Of a DNA stretch of 64,000 nt, positions 8,751 to 18,353 are shown in pieces (the stretch's first letter is position 1; each line of letters begins with the position of its first letter). Under the pieces are notes generated by a model that searched no databases, was not told where the DNA came from, and saw only the letters and a list, made by a program, of their open reading frames with translations. The DNA comes from a virus. Position numbers and translations under genes: made by a program. The stretch lies in IMG/VR virus record IMGVR_UViG_3300008952_000003, positions 1 to 64,000 of that record; one strand, written 5' to 3'.

Positions 8751-9332
8751 ATGAAAAGAAAATATTGGATTAGATTGTTTGTTTTGGCCCTGATAGCATG
8801 CGTTGCCGTTTGCTCTAGTTGTGCGCCAAAATTTAATCCGGATAACCCTCCATGGAATATATGTAGTTCGGCGGAGGGGGAGCATCCTTGTGATTTTACT
8901 CTAATGGATCAAAACGGAGATCAAGTGAGATTGTACGATTTTCACGGAAAAGTGATCGTCCTAGACTTCAGCGTCATATGGTGCGGGCCTTGTCGAATGG
9001 CCGCGATGACGGCAGATTCAACAGTTCTTAAATACGGCCCTGATGAGGTCGTGTATATTACCATATTGATAGAAAACTCCTTCGGAAGAGATCCTGATCT
9101 GCGCGATTTAGAAAACTGGGCTAATTCTTACGGAATAAATATCAATCCAGTTCTCGCGGGTAGCAGAGATTGGCTCAATACTAGCAATTGGCATATATCA
9201 GGTTGGCCGACATTTTTCATAATTGATAAAGATATGGTCTTGCGATCAACTCAGGTTGGATACAACAAATATGATATCGAAAATGTCATAGAGTATTTAT
9301 TGTCAGAGCAGAATCCAGATGCTGGTAGCTGA
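8751..9332 (+). CDS. TlpA/redoxin-family thiol-disulfide oxidoreductase, probable lipoprotein
   Basis: FTLMDQNGDQVRLYDFHGKVIVLDFSVIWCGPC, a signal peptide with an SSC lipobox, and SD GGAGG. Confidence 0.85.
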   Translation: MKRKYWIRLFVLALIACVAVCSSCAPKFNPDNPPWNICSSAEGEHPCDFTLMDQNGDQVRLYDFHGKVIVLDFSVIWCGPCRMAAMTADSTVLKYGPDEVVYITILIENSFGRDPDLRDLENWANSYGININPVLAGSRDWLNTSNWHISGWPTFFIIDKDMVLRSTQVGYNKYDIENVIEYLLSEQNPDAGS

Positions 9333-9435
9333 AGCGCCATATTGGCACCTATGAGGCATCTTGATTCAAATGAGCGTAAGTTACACTGTTATCGACAGAT
9401 TGTTGATATACGGCTAATATAAGGAGTTTTTTTTA

Positions 9436-9624
9436 ATGACAGAAAACAGGATCAACGGATGGCTAATATTTTGGGCAGTCTTACTCTCGATCAACTTTGT
9501 TTCATATGCTTCCGCGATAATAATAGGAGATATTTTTTCTGGAATTCTTAGTGCATTTATGATCTTGTATTGCTCCATAGGGCTTTGGCAAAACTTCAAT
9601 AAAAACAACAAAGATGAAAGGTAG
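9436..9624 (+). CDS. small membrane protein
   Basis: 62 aa, two hydrophobic helices, SD AAGGAG. Confidence 0.7.
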   Translation: MTENRINGWLIFWAVLLSINFVSYASAIIIGDIFSGILSAFMILYCSIGLWQNFNKNNKDER

Positions 9625-9958
9625 ATTGATCAAGTATGTACCAGGTTGGACCGGTGATTCTTATTTTCTAGGTATAATAATCGACTATCTGGATGGATTT
9701 CATATCCGAAAAAGCTGGTCAGAAAATAGAACTTTTATAAAACAAGAGATGATTCGAGTATATTGGCTTAATGATCCTGGCTCGTGGCCAGCTTCAGCCG
9801 TTAGTCAAATCGCAAGAAAATGGCACACTCATGATCAATTTGTGCCAAACTTAGTTGATAATACCAATTCAGTAATCGACGAGTGGAGTAAAATAAATGA
9901 GGAAGAGGGTTGGTATTTTCCAGATTCTTTCAGCTTCTTGGACCACAACGATGAATAG
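9614..9958 (+). CDS. hypothetical protein
   Basis: 114-aa ORF overlapping both neighbours. Confidence 0.6.
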   Translation: MKGRLIKYVPGWTGDSYFLGIIIDYLDGFHIRKSWSENRTFIKQEMIRVYWLNDPGSWPASAVSQIARKWHTHDQFVPNLVDNTNSVIDEWSKINEEEGWYFPDSFSFLDHNDE

Positions 9959-10184
9959 GGGCTTTTATTATGATCGCGGTGATCTTGTAGAGTTCGAAAG
10001 GAGCGAATATTTTCCAACATCTGACGGAGATATTCAAAGACATACGACAAAAAAAATTGCTTTATTTATAAAGTTCTGGGATTCAACGACCTGTGACGGA
10101 TGTCAAATATATGTGTTCGAGGGTAATAAATTTATGACAGTTTCTTCTTTTGAGCTATCTTTGTTGTCCAAAAACGAAAAATAA
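9951..10184 (+). CDS. hypothetical protein (SH3/KOW-like start RGDLVEF)
   Basis: ATG 9951 overlaps the end of the preceding ORF. Confidence 0.55.
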   Translation: MNRGFYYDRGDLVEFERSEYFPTSDGDIQRHTTKKIALFIKFWDSTTCDGCQIYVFEGNKFMTVSSFELSLLSKNEK

Positions 10185-10202
10185 TATCTACTTACTTTAG
10201 AG

Positions 10203-10520
10203 GTGAAAATGTCATTTAGAAACAAAGATTTAGAGTTATCAGATTTGTTTGATGAGCTTTTAGGAGACATCAGAAAAGAAAAAGAAAAGTCAACAAAGAG
10301 AGAATATTCGGTCTCTTATGAGGTTTTTTGCTTTCCGGACGATTTGGGAAGCGAAGCGTGGCTGTATGATACTATAAGCAGGAGTATGATTCGGGCTCAT
10401 AATCATGCTGAAGTTGTCAGGGTCACAGATCCAGATAAGGACAACAAGATATTGGTTCGATATGCTGGCACTTTTGTCAAAGTTCCTTCGGATTATGTTT
10501 GCGAAATAGGTTTCAATTAA
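10203..10520 (+). CDS. hypothetical protein
   Basis: 105-aa ORF preceded by the CTACTTAC motif. Confidence 0.65.
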   Translation: MKMSFRNKDLELSDLFDELLGDIRKEKEKSTKREYSVSYEVFCFPDDLGSEAWLYDTISRSMIRAHNHAEVVRVTDPDKDNKILVRYAGTFVKVPSDYVCEIGFN

Positions 10521-10572
10521 CTAATTATCTTAAAGAACTCAACTCTGTGAAGATCGATTTTGAGGACATGAG

Positions 10573-10956
10573 GTGACTACAATGAAAGATTTAACAAAAG
10601 AAGAACTAATGCAAATCATTAAAGAATCAAACAAGGATATCTTGGATGAATTTAGTGGATATGCCGACCAACTTGGAGTTGCCAAGCGCGCAGCCCTAGA
10701 AAAATATGCTGATTTCATCTCTCAAGTGAGATTTATTTTATTGGATAATATGCTCGAACAAGTGAAGGCAGATTATCATCACGGTGCCATCTCTAAAGGA
10801 GATGTCCAGCATCTAATAACAAAGCAGTGCAACGAGAGACTTATGCTGATCGCAAGCACTTTAGAAAAATCTTTATCAGATTTAATAGGCGAGGGCTATG
10901 AGGAAGAGGAAGAGAAAGCACCAATACCATTGCCGCCCAGCCGGACACAAGAATAA
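10573..10956 (+). CDS. hypothetical protein
   Basis: 127-aa ORF with a KEELMQIIKES N-terminal motif, preceded by CTAATTAT. The start may be ATG 10582. Confidence 0.65.
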   Translation: MTTMKDLTKEELMQIIKESNKDILDEFSGYADQLGVAKRAALEKYADFISQVRFILLDNMLEQVKADYHHGAISKGDVQHLITKQCNERLMLIASTLEKSLSDLIGEGYEEEEEKAPIPLPPSRTQE

Positions 10957-10959
10957 GAT

Positions 10960-11421
10960 ATGTGGCACACTGGCTCTGGTTATGAAATAGGATTTGATCA
11001 GATTCTTATTCAAATAATGAAACACACAGGCGATAATGGGAAGGTGTTCATAGGTTGCGACAGTCAAATAGTGAAAAATAAATGCATATTCTCAACCGTC
11101 ATATGTTTGCATGGTGCATCCGGTCAACGGGGGGGATATTATTTTTTTAACAGGGAAAGACTCATAGCAAAGGAATTTCCAACAGTGCTCATGAGACTCA
11201 CCAAGGAAGTCGAAAAATCTATAGAAATGGCCTCAGTAATATCAGAAATTGGACAAGAAATAGATATTGAAATTCACATTGATGCTAGCTCAAAAGAGGG
11301 TGAGAAAAGCAGCAAAATAGCCGATATGTTAATAGGATATGCCAGAGGCGCCGGTTTTAAATGTAGAATAAAGCCAGAAGCATGGGCTTCTAACTCGGTG
11401 GCAGACAAGCACTCAAAATGA
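10960..11421 (+). CDS. ribonuclease H-like YkuK-family protein
   Basis: VFIGCDSQ...RLTKEVEKSIE...IEIHIDA...IKPEAWASNSVADKHSK. Confidence 0.8.
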   Translation: MWHTGSGYEIGFDQILIQIMKHTGDNGKVFIGCDSQIVKNKCIFSTVICLHGASGQRGGYYFFNRERLIAKEFPTVLMRLTKEVEKSIEMASVISEIGQEIDIEIHIDASSKEGEKSSKIADMLIGYARGAGFKCRIKPEAWASNSVADKHSK

Positions 11422-11666
11422 GCTTCTCGGATATAGATCCTGATAGGGTGCCAATCATAGGAGAAGATCTTATGGGAGAGTTTGATGTTGGGTCAATTGT
11501 CCGGTGGATTCATGATTTGAGGCACGAAAAGGTTGGTATTGTTTTAGAGATATATACCCAAAGGATGGCTAATCGACTTTTTCCTCACGCTAAAATATAT
11601 GTTATGGGGGAAGATAGGCATGAAGAGGTGCTTTTATCTAGTTTGACGATTATTTCCAATAATTGA
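11418..11666 (+). CDS. hypothetical SH3/KOW-like protein
   Basis: FDVGSIVRW...KVGIVLEI, with ATGA coupling. Confidence 0.65.
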   Translation: MSFSDIDPDRVPIIGEDLMGEFDVGSIVRWIHDLRHEKVGIVLEIYTQRMANRLFPHAKIYVMGEDRHEEVLLSSLTIISNN

Positions 11667-11668
11667 AA

Positions 11669-11676
11669 CTAATTAC
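11669..11676 (+). promoter_or_regulatory. putative phage late promoter (CTAATTAC)
   Basis: Motif located immediately after the upstream stop. Confidence 0.5.
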
Positions 11677-11698
11677 TGTCACAAGGGGTATTGATTGT

Positions 11699-12970
11699 AT
11701 GTCGGATTATGATTTCAAAAAGACACTAAAAGAGTCCTTGGAGTACAAAAACTCTCTAAAAAATGAGGCCTCGACTGATTATGGCGCTGCGATGAGAAAA
11801 GGTGCAGAGTCGGGAAAGGGCTGGCTTAATAAACTATTTGGCGGAGATGAATCAAATAATACAAACCTCAAGGGCACAAAGAATTTAGACACAAACGACG
11901 AAGAAAGTAGTGAGGAGAGTTCCGATGATCTATATAGCAACCTGACATCAAACTTGAATGCTATAGTTGACGATGAATCAAGTGAGAAAAAAACTAAAAG
12001 AAATGCCACAAAGGCCTTGCGTGCATTAAAGAAGGCCTATAAACTAAAAGGATCTGTTGGAGAAGAGATATTTAAGACTGCAATTGGAAAGATTGCAGAC
12101 GAAATGAGCGATACAATGAAGGTAACTGAGCCAGAAGGAGAATCAGAAGTTGATATGGCGGTCGACAAGGGCGAAGAGGCTACTGTCGCCGCCGACGAAA
12201 CAGAGGCCGAATCTACAACACTATCAAATCTCCTGCTGGACCCTGTAAATCCAAAAGATAGAACGAAAGGATTTAAGCCAAAAGAATACGAACCTGGATC
12301 TATGGAAAGTAGAATTAATATTGCCCTTAACAATCTTTCAGATCCGGGATTGAGATCCAACTATTTAAAGTTTAAACAAAATCCGAACTCGGCAAATAGA
12401 AAAAGTTTCATGAGTAACCTCAATAATCTTAAGCATGCCCTAGACAAAGCAAATGTTAAAATAGAAAGCAAAGAAAAAAATAATAAAAAACTTATTTCAG
12501 AAATGAGAATAATAAATAAATCCAAAATAAATACATCTCCGATAGAAGAGATGCTCAGCGATTTTTATCCGTTTGCAAAAAATAGGTTTGGCTTTGACCA
12601 AGATCCTGTGCTGGAATTCGTGTCAGATGAACAGAACTCAAACAACATATTGGGAAAAACTGCTTATTATGATCCTGCGAACATGAACATTACAGTTTTT
12701 GTCGATAAGAGGCACCCGAAAGATATTATGAGGTCATTCTCTCACGAGTTGGTGCATCACACCCAAAATTGCAACGGCGAACTTGATTTATCTCAAGAAA
12801 CTGGCGAGGGTTATGCTCAAGAAAATCCACATTTAAGAAAAATGGAAGAGCGAGCAAATCTGGAAGGGAATATGTGTTTCCGCGATTGGGAAGATGGATA
12901 TAAGAAATCAAACCCGCTTCGCGAGCGCAGAGAGAGATTATATTACGACTTGATGAAGAGACTGTGGTGA
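11699..12970 (+). CDS. virion-type protein with C-terminal zincin (HExxH) domain
   Basis: RSFSHELVHHTQ...EERANLEGN. Start placed at ATG 11699 after AAGGGGT. Confidence 0.7.
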   Translation: MSDYDFKKTLKESLEYKNSLKNEASTDYGAAMRKGAESGKGWLNKLFGGDESNNTNLKGTKNLDTNDEESSEESSDDLYSNLTSNLNAIVDDESSEKKTKRNATKALRALKKAYKLKGSVGEEIFKTAIGKIADEMSDTMKVTEPEGESEVDMAVDKGEEATVAADETEAESTTLSNLLLDPVNPKDRTKGFKPKEYEPGSMESRINIALNNLSDPGLRSNYLKFKQNPNSANRKSFMSNLNNLKHALDKANVKIESKEKNNKKLISEMRIINKSKINTSPIEEMLSDFYPFAKNRFGFDQDPVLEFVSDEQNSNNILGKTAYYDPANMNITVFVDKRHPKDIMRSFSHELVHHTQNCNGELDLSQETGEGYAQENPHLRKMEERANLEGNMCFRDWEDGYKKSNPLRERRERLYYDLMKRLW

Positions 12971-12989
12971 TCACAGGGGAATAAATATT

Positions 12990-14513
12990 ATGGCACTAAC
13001 TGATGATATGATAGCGTGGTGGCAGGGATTCGATAATCTTGATTCTACCGGGAGTTATGATCTTGTTTTTAAGAACGGTGCAACCACCAGCACTGCGGGG
13101 GATAATTTCTGTGGGTCTTATTTCACCTTTCCGCAGGCTCCTGCTCAAGCGTCTTTTTTGCAGGTTGGTAACGATAATTGGGGAACAAAACAGTTGATGA
13201 GATTCAATAGTGGCATTGGCTTTACCATGTCCATGTGGGTCTATAATATTGACACGAATGGTGGCCCGACATGGCTGTTAGAGTCGCCGAACTCGAAGCC
13301 GTTCTATATTGAGGCAAACGGAAACATAATATTTAAGGAAGATTGTTATGGCTATTCCGATCGAGATACTGGATATGATTTAAGGAGCAACCTCTCTTCA
13401 GATACATGGCACCACTTAGTCATGCAAATATACCAATCCCCATTCGCTGCCCCATTTGCAAGATATTATTTAGATGGAGTGCTTGTAGCTTTTGCGCAGA
13501 TGGGTGGAAATTGTAAGCCAGTGACTGGATATATCAGGTGGATAGGGAACGAACACAGCAACGGCGGGATGTATCCAGCATTCGAAAGATTGACTGATAT
13601 TGCAGTATGGGATCGTACATTGACTCCCTCGGAAATTGAAACACTATCTGAGAAGTGTTTATATAACATTTTAAATCCTCAGCCAGAAATAAGCACAAGC
13701 GCTGCGGCAATAGATTTTGGATCCGTCTTCCAGGGGGAAACCAATTCTGCGACGTTGACAGTTTCGAATATTGGAGAAGGGGACCTGCACATAACTGATA
13801 TACAACTCGGATTAGAAAAGCGGTTTACTAGGACTGGCGATCTTTGGGTTGCTGACACGTTAAGCCAAAATGAGAGTAAGAATATTGAAATATCTTATAC
13901 GCCGGCACAATGGACAGGATCACATACTGGAAATATAACTATTTTTTCGAACGATGAAGACGAGCCAGAAAAGCAAGTTTCTCTCTCCGGAGAGTGTCTG
14001 CAGGCGCCTCAGCCAGAAATAGATGTTAACACGGGGGCACTAGACTTCGGAACTGTCACGGGTGGTGATTCTGAGACTATGACTCTCACAATAACAAACA
14101 TCGGGCCCGGAGATCTCAATATAACTGATATCCAACTCACGTCTCAACATTCATTTACAAAAGTCACGCCAGGAACTGAATTTTCTATTGTCGAGAATGC
14201 AACCAAGGATATAGATATTGAATTTGAACCACAAGGAAACATAAACTTCGATCCTTATTTGACAATCTATTCTAATGACGAAGATGAACCAGAAATTCAG
14301 ATAGATCTTCTTGGAAAGTGGGCTAAGCCCCCGCCACCTATTATAACAAAAGATTTTAAAAATAAAGTGCCGCTTGTATCGGCAAGGCACGTAACAAATA
14401 ATTTTGCTAAAGCTTCCAATCAGAGGGCGAGAAGAGTAGCTCAAGTACCTTTCGTAATAGGAACTAGAACAAATATTGCGCGCCGTCGAGGGTCTGATTC
14501 TGATTTTGAATAA
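12990..14513 (+). CDS. LamG-like jellyroll plus two choice-of-anchor D (Ig-like) domains
   Basis: FTMSMWV...TWHHLV...YYLDGV...DIAVWDRTLTPSEI, then two repeats PQPEI....IDFG.V..G......LT..NIG.GDL.ITDIQL. Confidence 0.75.
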   Translation: MALTDDMIAWWQGFDNLDSTGSYDLVFKNGATTSTAGDNFCGSYFTFPQAPAQASFLQVGNDNWGTKQLMRFNSGIGFTMSMWVYNIDTNGGPTWLLESPNSKPFYIEANGNIIFKEDCYGYSDRDTGYDLRSNLSSDTWHHLVMQIYQSPFAAPFARYYLDGVLVAFAQMGGNCKPVTGYIRWIGNEHSNGGMYPAFERLTDIAVWDRTLTPSEIETLSEKCLYNILNPQPEISTSAAAIDFGSVFQGETNSATLTVSNIGEGDLHITDIQLGLEKRFTRTGDLWVADTLSQNESKNIEISYTPAQWTGSHTGNITIFSNDEDEPEKQVSLSGECLQAPQPEIDVNTGALDFGTVTGGDSETMTLTITNIGPGDLNITDIQLTSQHSFTKVTPGTEFSIVENATKDIDIEFEPQGNINFDPYLTIYSNDEDEPEIQIDLLGKWAKPPPPIITKDFKNKVPLVSARHVTNNFAKASNQRARRVAQVPFVIGTRTNIARRRGSDSDFE

Positions 14514-14540
14514 TATTTTTTATTTATTGCAATATCAAAA

Positions 14541-14548
14541 CTATTTAT
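14541..14548 (+). promoter_or_regulatory. putative phage late promoter (CTATTTAT)
   Basis: Intergenic motif upstream of the 14592 gene cluster. Confidence 0.5.
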
Positions 14549-14591
14549 ATTTAAAATACAATACTTTTCGTATTTGAAGGAGATTCGTAAA

Positions 14592-14936
14592 ATGAGTTGG
14601 AAAAGAAAAGTCAGAAGAGCACAAAAAAATTTGAGATCATCTAACAAGAAAGCCCTGCTAGCAAAAAAAGAAGAAGAAGCAAAAGCAGCAAGAATTGCTC
14701 AAGAGGTTGAGAGGTTGAGGCTCCTTAAGGTCGAGGACGCTGCTAAAAGGGCCCTCGCTGCTAAGAAAGCAAGAGAAGCGCGGGCCGCAGCAGAGAAAGA
14801 TGCCATCGCCGCAGCAGTGGCTGCGGGAAACAGCGACGAGACGGTTGCTCCCGCACCGAAAAGAAGCAGGATGAGGAAAAAGGTCGAAACCCCCGCTCCA
14901 GTCGATAACCCTACAGATGATGTTAAAGAAGGGTAA
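14592..14936 (+). CDS. hypothetical Ala/Lys-rich helical protein
   Basis: SD AAGGAG. Start placed at ATG 14592. Confidence 0.65.
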   Translation: MSWKRKVRRAQKNLRSSNKKALLAKKEEEAKAARIAQEVERLRLLKVEDAAKRALAAKKAREARAAAEKDAIAAAVAAGNSDETVAPAPKRSRMRKKVETPAPVDNPTDDVKEG

Positions 14937-14939
14937 AGC

Positions 14940-15212
14940 GTGGATTTTAATAAAATAACAAGAAAATTTCTCATGGGAGAATGGAAGCAGTCCGTTTCTA
15001 TTCTGTCGCGCACACGTGCTATCAAGGAAGCTCTTGAGAGTCTAAAGCCAAGAACGATTAAGGAAAGGCAGAGAATCGAACTGGCTCTTGAAAATTTAAA
15101 TCACGTTCGCAGGGGATATAGAAAACTCGAAGAACAAAATAATTTCCTAACGGAAGAAAATAAAAATCTACAAGAAAGATTACAAGTTCTGGAAGAAAAC
15201 AAGGAAGAATAA
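14940..15212 (+). CDS. hypothetical coiled-coil protein
   Basis: 90 aa with a heptad-like C-terminus. Confidence 0.65.
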   Translation: MDFNKITRKFLMGEWKQSVSILSRTRAIKEALESLKPRTIKERQRIELALENLNHVRRGYRKLEEQNNFLTEENKNLQERLQVLEENKEE

Positions 15213-15213
15213 T

Positions 15214-17469
15214 ATGGGTGGTCTTGCTGGTCACATGAGTCATCTCTATGAGAATCCTCGACTAACTTTCAACAAGCTGAAGGAAATATTTCAGGCGGCT
15301 GCAGAGGGTGAGATCGAAGGAACAGAAAAGACAGATGGACAAAATCTCTATCTTTCGTTTTCTGTACCAGACCAAAAAATGGAATTCACAGATGGTGATG
15401 GTCCTGGGCGCGCCGCCAGAAACAAGACGAATATAAAGTCCGGAGGGCTTACTGTCAAGCAGGTCGTCGATAAGTTTGCAGATCACCCAAATCAAAAGTT
15501 GAAAAAATCTTTTTCGCAGGCACTCAGAGCTTTCGAGCGAGTAGTTCAATCTTTTCCGAGAGAAAAACAGGTTGAGATATTTGGACCAGATACAAACATA
15601 TATTATAATGCAGAAATAATTAACCCAGACACTCCGAATGTGATTTCTTACGATAAGAAGCTCGTCACCATCCACCGCGGCGGCGGTGGCTATTTCGACA
15701 AAGAGACTGGATCTCCAGAAGAAATCGAAGAAAGGGATCCGGAAACTGGAGAACTGGTAAGAAAAGAAAGAGACATCTCAAAAAATGCTGATATTCTCTC
15801 TCAAGAATTGGAAAACATAATTCAAGATATGGAAAGTCAAAGTGGATTCGAAGTTGTTATGGACGCCGTACAAAAACTGAAGTCTCTCGATAATAAAGAA
15901 GCTTTGAGAGTTGCCATGGCAGATCTAGATTCAGAAATATCTTCTGAAGGTGTTTCTGATGATCAAATGATTATTGAATATGTTATGGCAAGAATTCTAA
16001 CTATTTTGAGAGAAAAGGGAATAAATCTAGATACTGAAACAGAGAGTGTCGTTCTAAAAAGGTTATTGCTGAAAAATCTAACATATAGACAGGCATATGG
16101 ATATGATAAAATACCATCGGAGCTTCGGCCATCAAAGATATTGAAAGATTTGCCCCCAAGAGAAAAAAATAAAGTTATCGATGTCTTAAATAATTCTCGT
16201 GAGATACTAAAGCAGGCCATTCGGCCAATTGAGCACATCGTTCACAATTTTTCAGTAGCGATGCTTGAGGGGCTAGAAAGTCTTTTTATATTAGATAATA
16301 AAAAGGGCGTAGAAAAAATAAGACAAAAGGTTCTAGCAGCGAAAAAAGAAATAGAAGAGGGAGGGGTGAAAGAAAATATTAAAACCCTCTTACAACAGAT
16401 GGACAAACTCAAGAGTATTGAAAACATCTCTACTGCAGCAGAAGGATTCGTTTTTGATTATGATGGCTGGACATATAAATTTACTGGCAATTTTGCACCA
16501 ATCAATCAAATACTTGGTATTGGAAAATACGACAATCGAGGCAAACTACCAACTCTAGAGGAGTCCCTGGCTAGTGAAGTCGTGGATCTCTTGTTAAAAG
16601 AAGAGAAAGACAGTCCAGAATTTATATACATTCCAGGCGGCTTTAAGCCCCCGCATAAAGGACACTGGAATCTGGTAGAAGCATCATCGGTGGAGCATCC
16701 AGGCGTTCCTATTCGCATAATTACTGGAGAAAAGGAGCGCGGTCTCGTTGATTTCGCGACTGCCAAAAATATTTGGGATATATATATAAACAGTTCGAAC
16801 TTGGATGATGTTGAAGTAATTAATTTTACTGAATCTGGAGCGCGTAATCCTTGGAATTGGATAGGGGAAAATGCTCCGGGATCTTTTGGAATAGCTTATA
16901 GCAGCAAAGATCAAGCCTATGGAAGAATTGTTGATGCTATGAATGCTATACCGATTGAGGTTGAAGCATGCAAAGATGAGGATAAATCATGCGCATTGAG
17001 TGCTACCAACTTTCGAGATATGGGACTTAAAGATAGGAAAATATTTAAGAGCTTTATGCCGACACATATTAGCGATGAAGATGAAGACAGAATTTGGAAT
17101 ATCTTGGGAGGGTCTGAAGATGATGTCAAATTTAATATTTCAGAAGAGATCTTCTCACTCATAGAAGAGATTCTAGAAGAAAAGTATGAATCTGGCGGAT
17201 GTACTCACAAAAAGACTGGAAAATCTGGATGTAAAGTAACATTCAAAACTGGAAAAAAGAAGGGAGACACTGCATGCTACAAAGATTGTGGCACTGCAAG
17301 GTTGGCCACTAGTGGTAATATAAAAGAAGAAGAATTAGAAGAAACATCCGGCTCTGGAGCGGCTGGTGGTTTTGCTCTTCCCATGGGGCAAAAACCTGAT
17401 TACTTCAAGAGTGATCACCCCAAAGTCAAAGGGATTGAAGTTTATATCAGAGAAAGAAAAAACAACTAA
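15214..17469 (+). CDS. ligase-fold (KxDG; DUF6267-like) domain fused to an HxGH nucleotidyltransferase domain
   Basis: MGGLAGHMSH...TEKTDGQNL...EGFVF...YKFTG, followed by YIPGGFKPPHKGH. Confidence 0.7.
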   Translation: MGGLAGHMSHLYENPRLTFNKLKEIFQAAAEGEIEGTEKTDGQNLYLSFSVPDQKMEFTDGDGPGRAARNKTNIKSGGLTVKQVVDKFADHPNQKLKKSFSQALRAFERVVQSFPREKQVEIFGPDTNIYYNAEIINPDTPNVISYDKKLVTIHRGGGGYFDKETGSPEEIEERDPETGELVRKERDISKNADILSQELENIIQDMESQSGFEVVMDAVQKLKSLDNKEALRVAMADLDSEISSEGVSDDQMIIEYVMARILTILREKGINLDTETESVVLKRLLLKNLTYRQAYGYDKIPSELRPSKILKDLPPREKNKVIDVLNNSREILKQAIRPIEHIVHNFSVAMLEGLESLFILDNKKGVEKIRQKVLAAKKEIEEGGVKENIKTLLQQMDKLKSIENISTAAEGFVFDYDGWTYKFTGNFAPINQILGIGKYDNRGKLPTLEESLASEVVDLLLKEEKDSPEFIYIPGGFKPPHKGHWNLVEASSVEHPGVPIRIITGEKERGLVDFATAKNIWDIYINSSNLDDVEVINFTESGARNPWNWIGENAPGSFGIAYSSKDQAYGRIVDAMNAIPIEVEACKDEDKSCALSATNFRDMGLKDRKIFKSFMPTHISDEDEDRIWNILGGSEDDVKFNISEEIFSLIEEILEEKYESGGCTHKKTGKSGCKVTFKTGKKKGDTACYKDCGTARLATSGNIKEEELEETSGSGAAGGFALPMGQKPDYFKSDHPKVKGIEVYIRERKNN

Positions 17470-17477
17470 CTAATTAT
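17470..17477 (+). promoter_or_regulatory. putative phage late promoter (CTAATTAT)
   Basis: Motif located immediately after the upstream stop. Confidence 0.5.
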
Positions 17478-17503
17478 AATATTAACTCTGGAGAAAAGCA
17501 TAT

Positions 17504-18316
17504 ATGTTTGATAGAAAAGATATCTTAGAAGAGCAACTTCTGAGGGAGAATATCCGAAAAGCTATTCGAATTATCAAGAATAGACGATTAAATGAAGAAA
17601 AATCAATTCGCACAATTGTTAGATCTTTGCTTAAAGAAACAAAGAACTTCAAATATCCGATTACCGCCCTGAACCAGTTGGCACACTTAGTGGAAGAGCA
17701 AATTTGGAACAATGATTCAAAGAGCAAATTGACTTTTAAGGATACTTATACTGATATCGCCTCCAACAAAAGAGATAGAGATGAGTATGTTAAATGGATT
17801 TTGCATTTTTCCAATATAGATTTCGATACTATCGATGCCGATCTTTCTCCTGAAGAGGTCGAATCAGATATAGAACAGACCACCACAGAGGAAGAGCCAG
17901 ATATTCTCACGGTTAGCCTTGATGATCTAGAGAGAAACGGTGGTGATATCACCATGGAGCCAGAATCAGAGGAAGGTTTCTTAGGAGAAGATGCTCCCGA
18001 AGTCGAAGAAGAGGAGTCCACAGGTACCAAGAGGATGGCAGAAGATGCATATGCAAAAATAGGGCCGGCATTGCGAAGATACTATCCAAAACCAGATGCC
18101 CCAGTGGAAATTTCTGTGGAAGTTGATGGCGTTATACATCCACCAGGAGAAGTAACGGAACGTTGGATATTCAGAGTATATTACGAGAAAAATGTAAAAT
18201 TAGCAGCAGATAAATACGAAGAGGAATATTTCGATAAAACCCCAGATTCGATCGAAAGCGACTTTGGTGAAGAGATCCCCTCAGAAGAAGAAGTGGAATT
18301 TGATTTAGGGCTTTAA
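17504..18316 (+). CDS. acidic hypothetical virion-type protein
   Basis: N-terminus ILEEQLLRENIRKAI...RLNEE...LLKE; SD GGAG. Confidence 0.75.
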   Translation: MFDRKDILEEQLLRENIRKAIRIIKNRRLNEEKSIRTIVRSLLKETKNFKYPITALNQLAHLVEEQIWNNDSKSKLTFKDTYTDIASNKRDRDEYVKWILHFSNIDFDTIDADLSPEEVESDIEQTTTEEEPDILTVSLDDLERNGGDITMEPESEEGFLGEDAPEVEEEESTGTKRMAEDAYAKIGPALRRYYPKPDAPVEISVEVDGVIHPPGEVTERWIFRVYYEKNVKLAADKYEEEYFDKTPDSIESDFGEEIPSEEEVEFDLGL

Positions 18317-18353
18317 TATTTGACAGCGTGACATAAAGTTACATTTATCCCCC

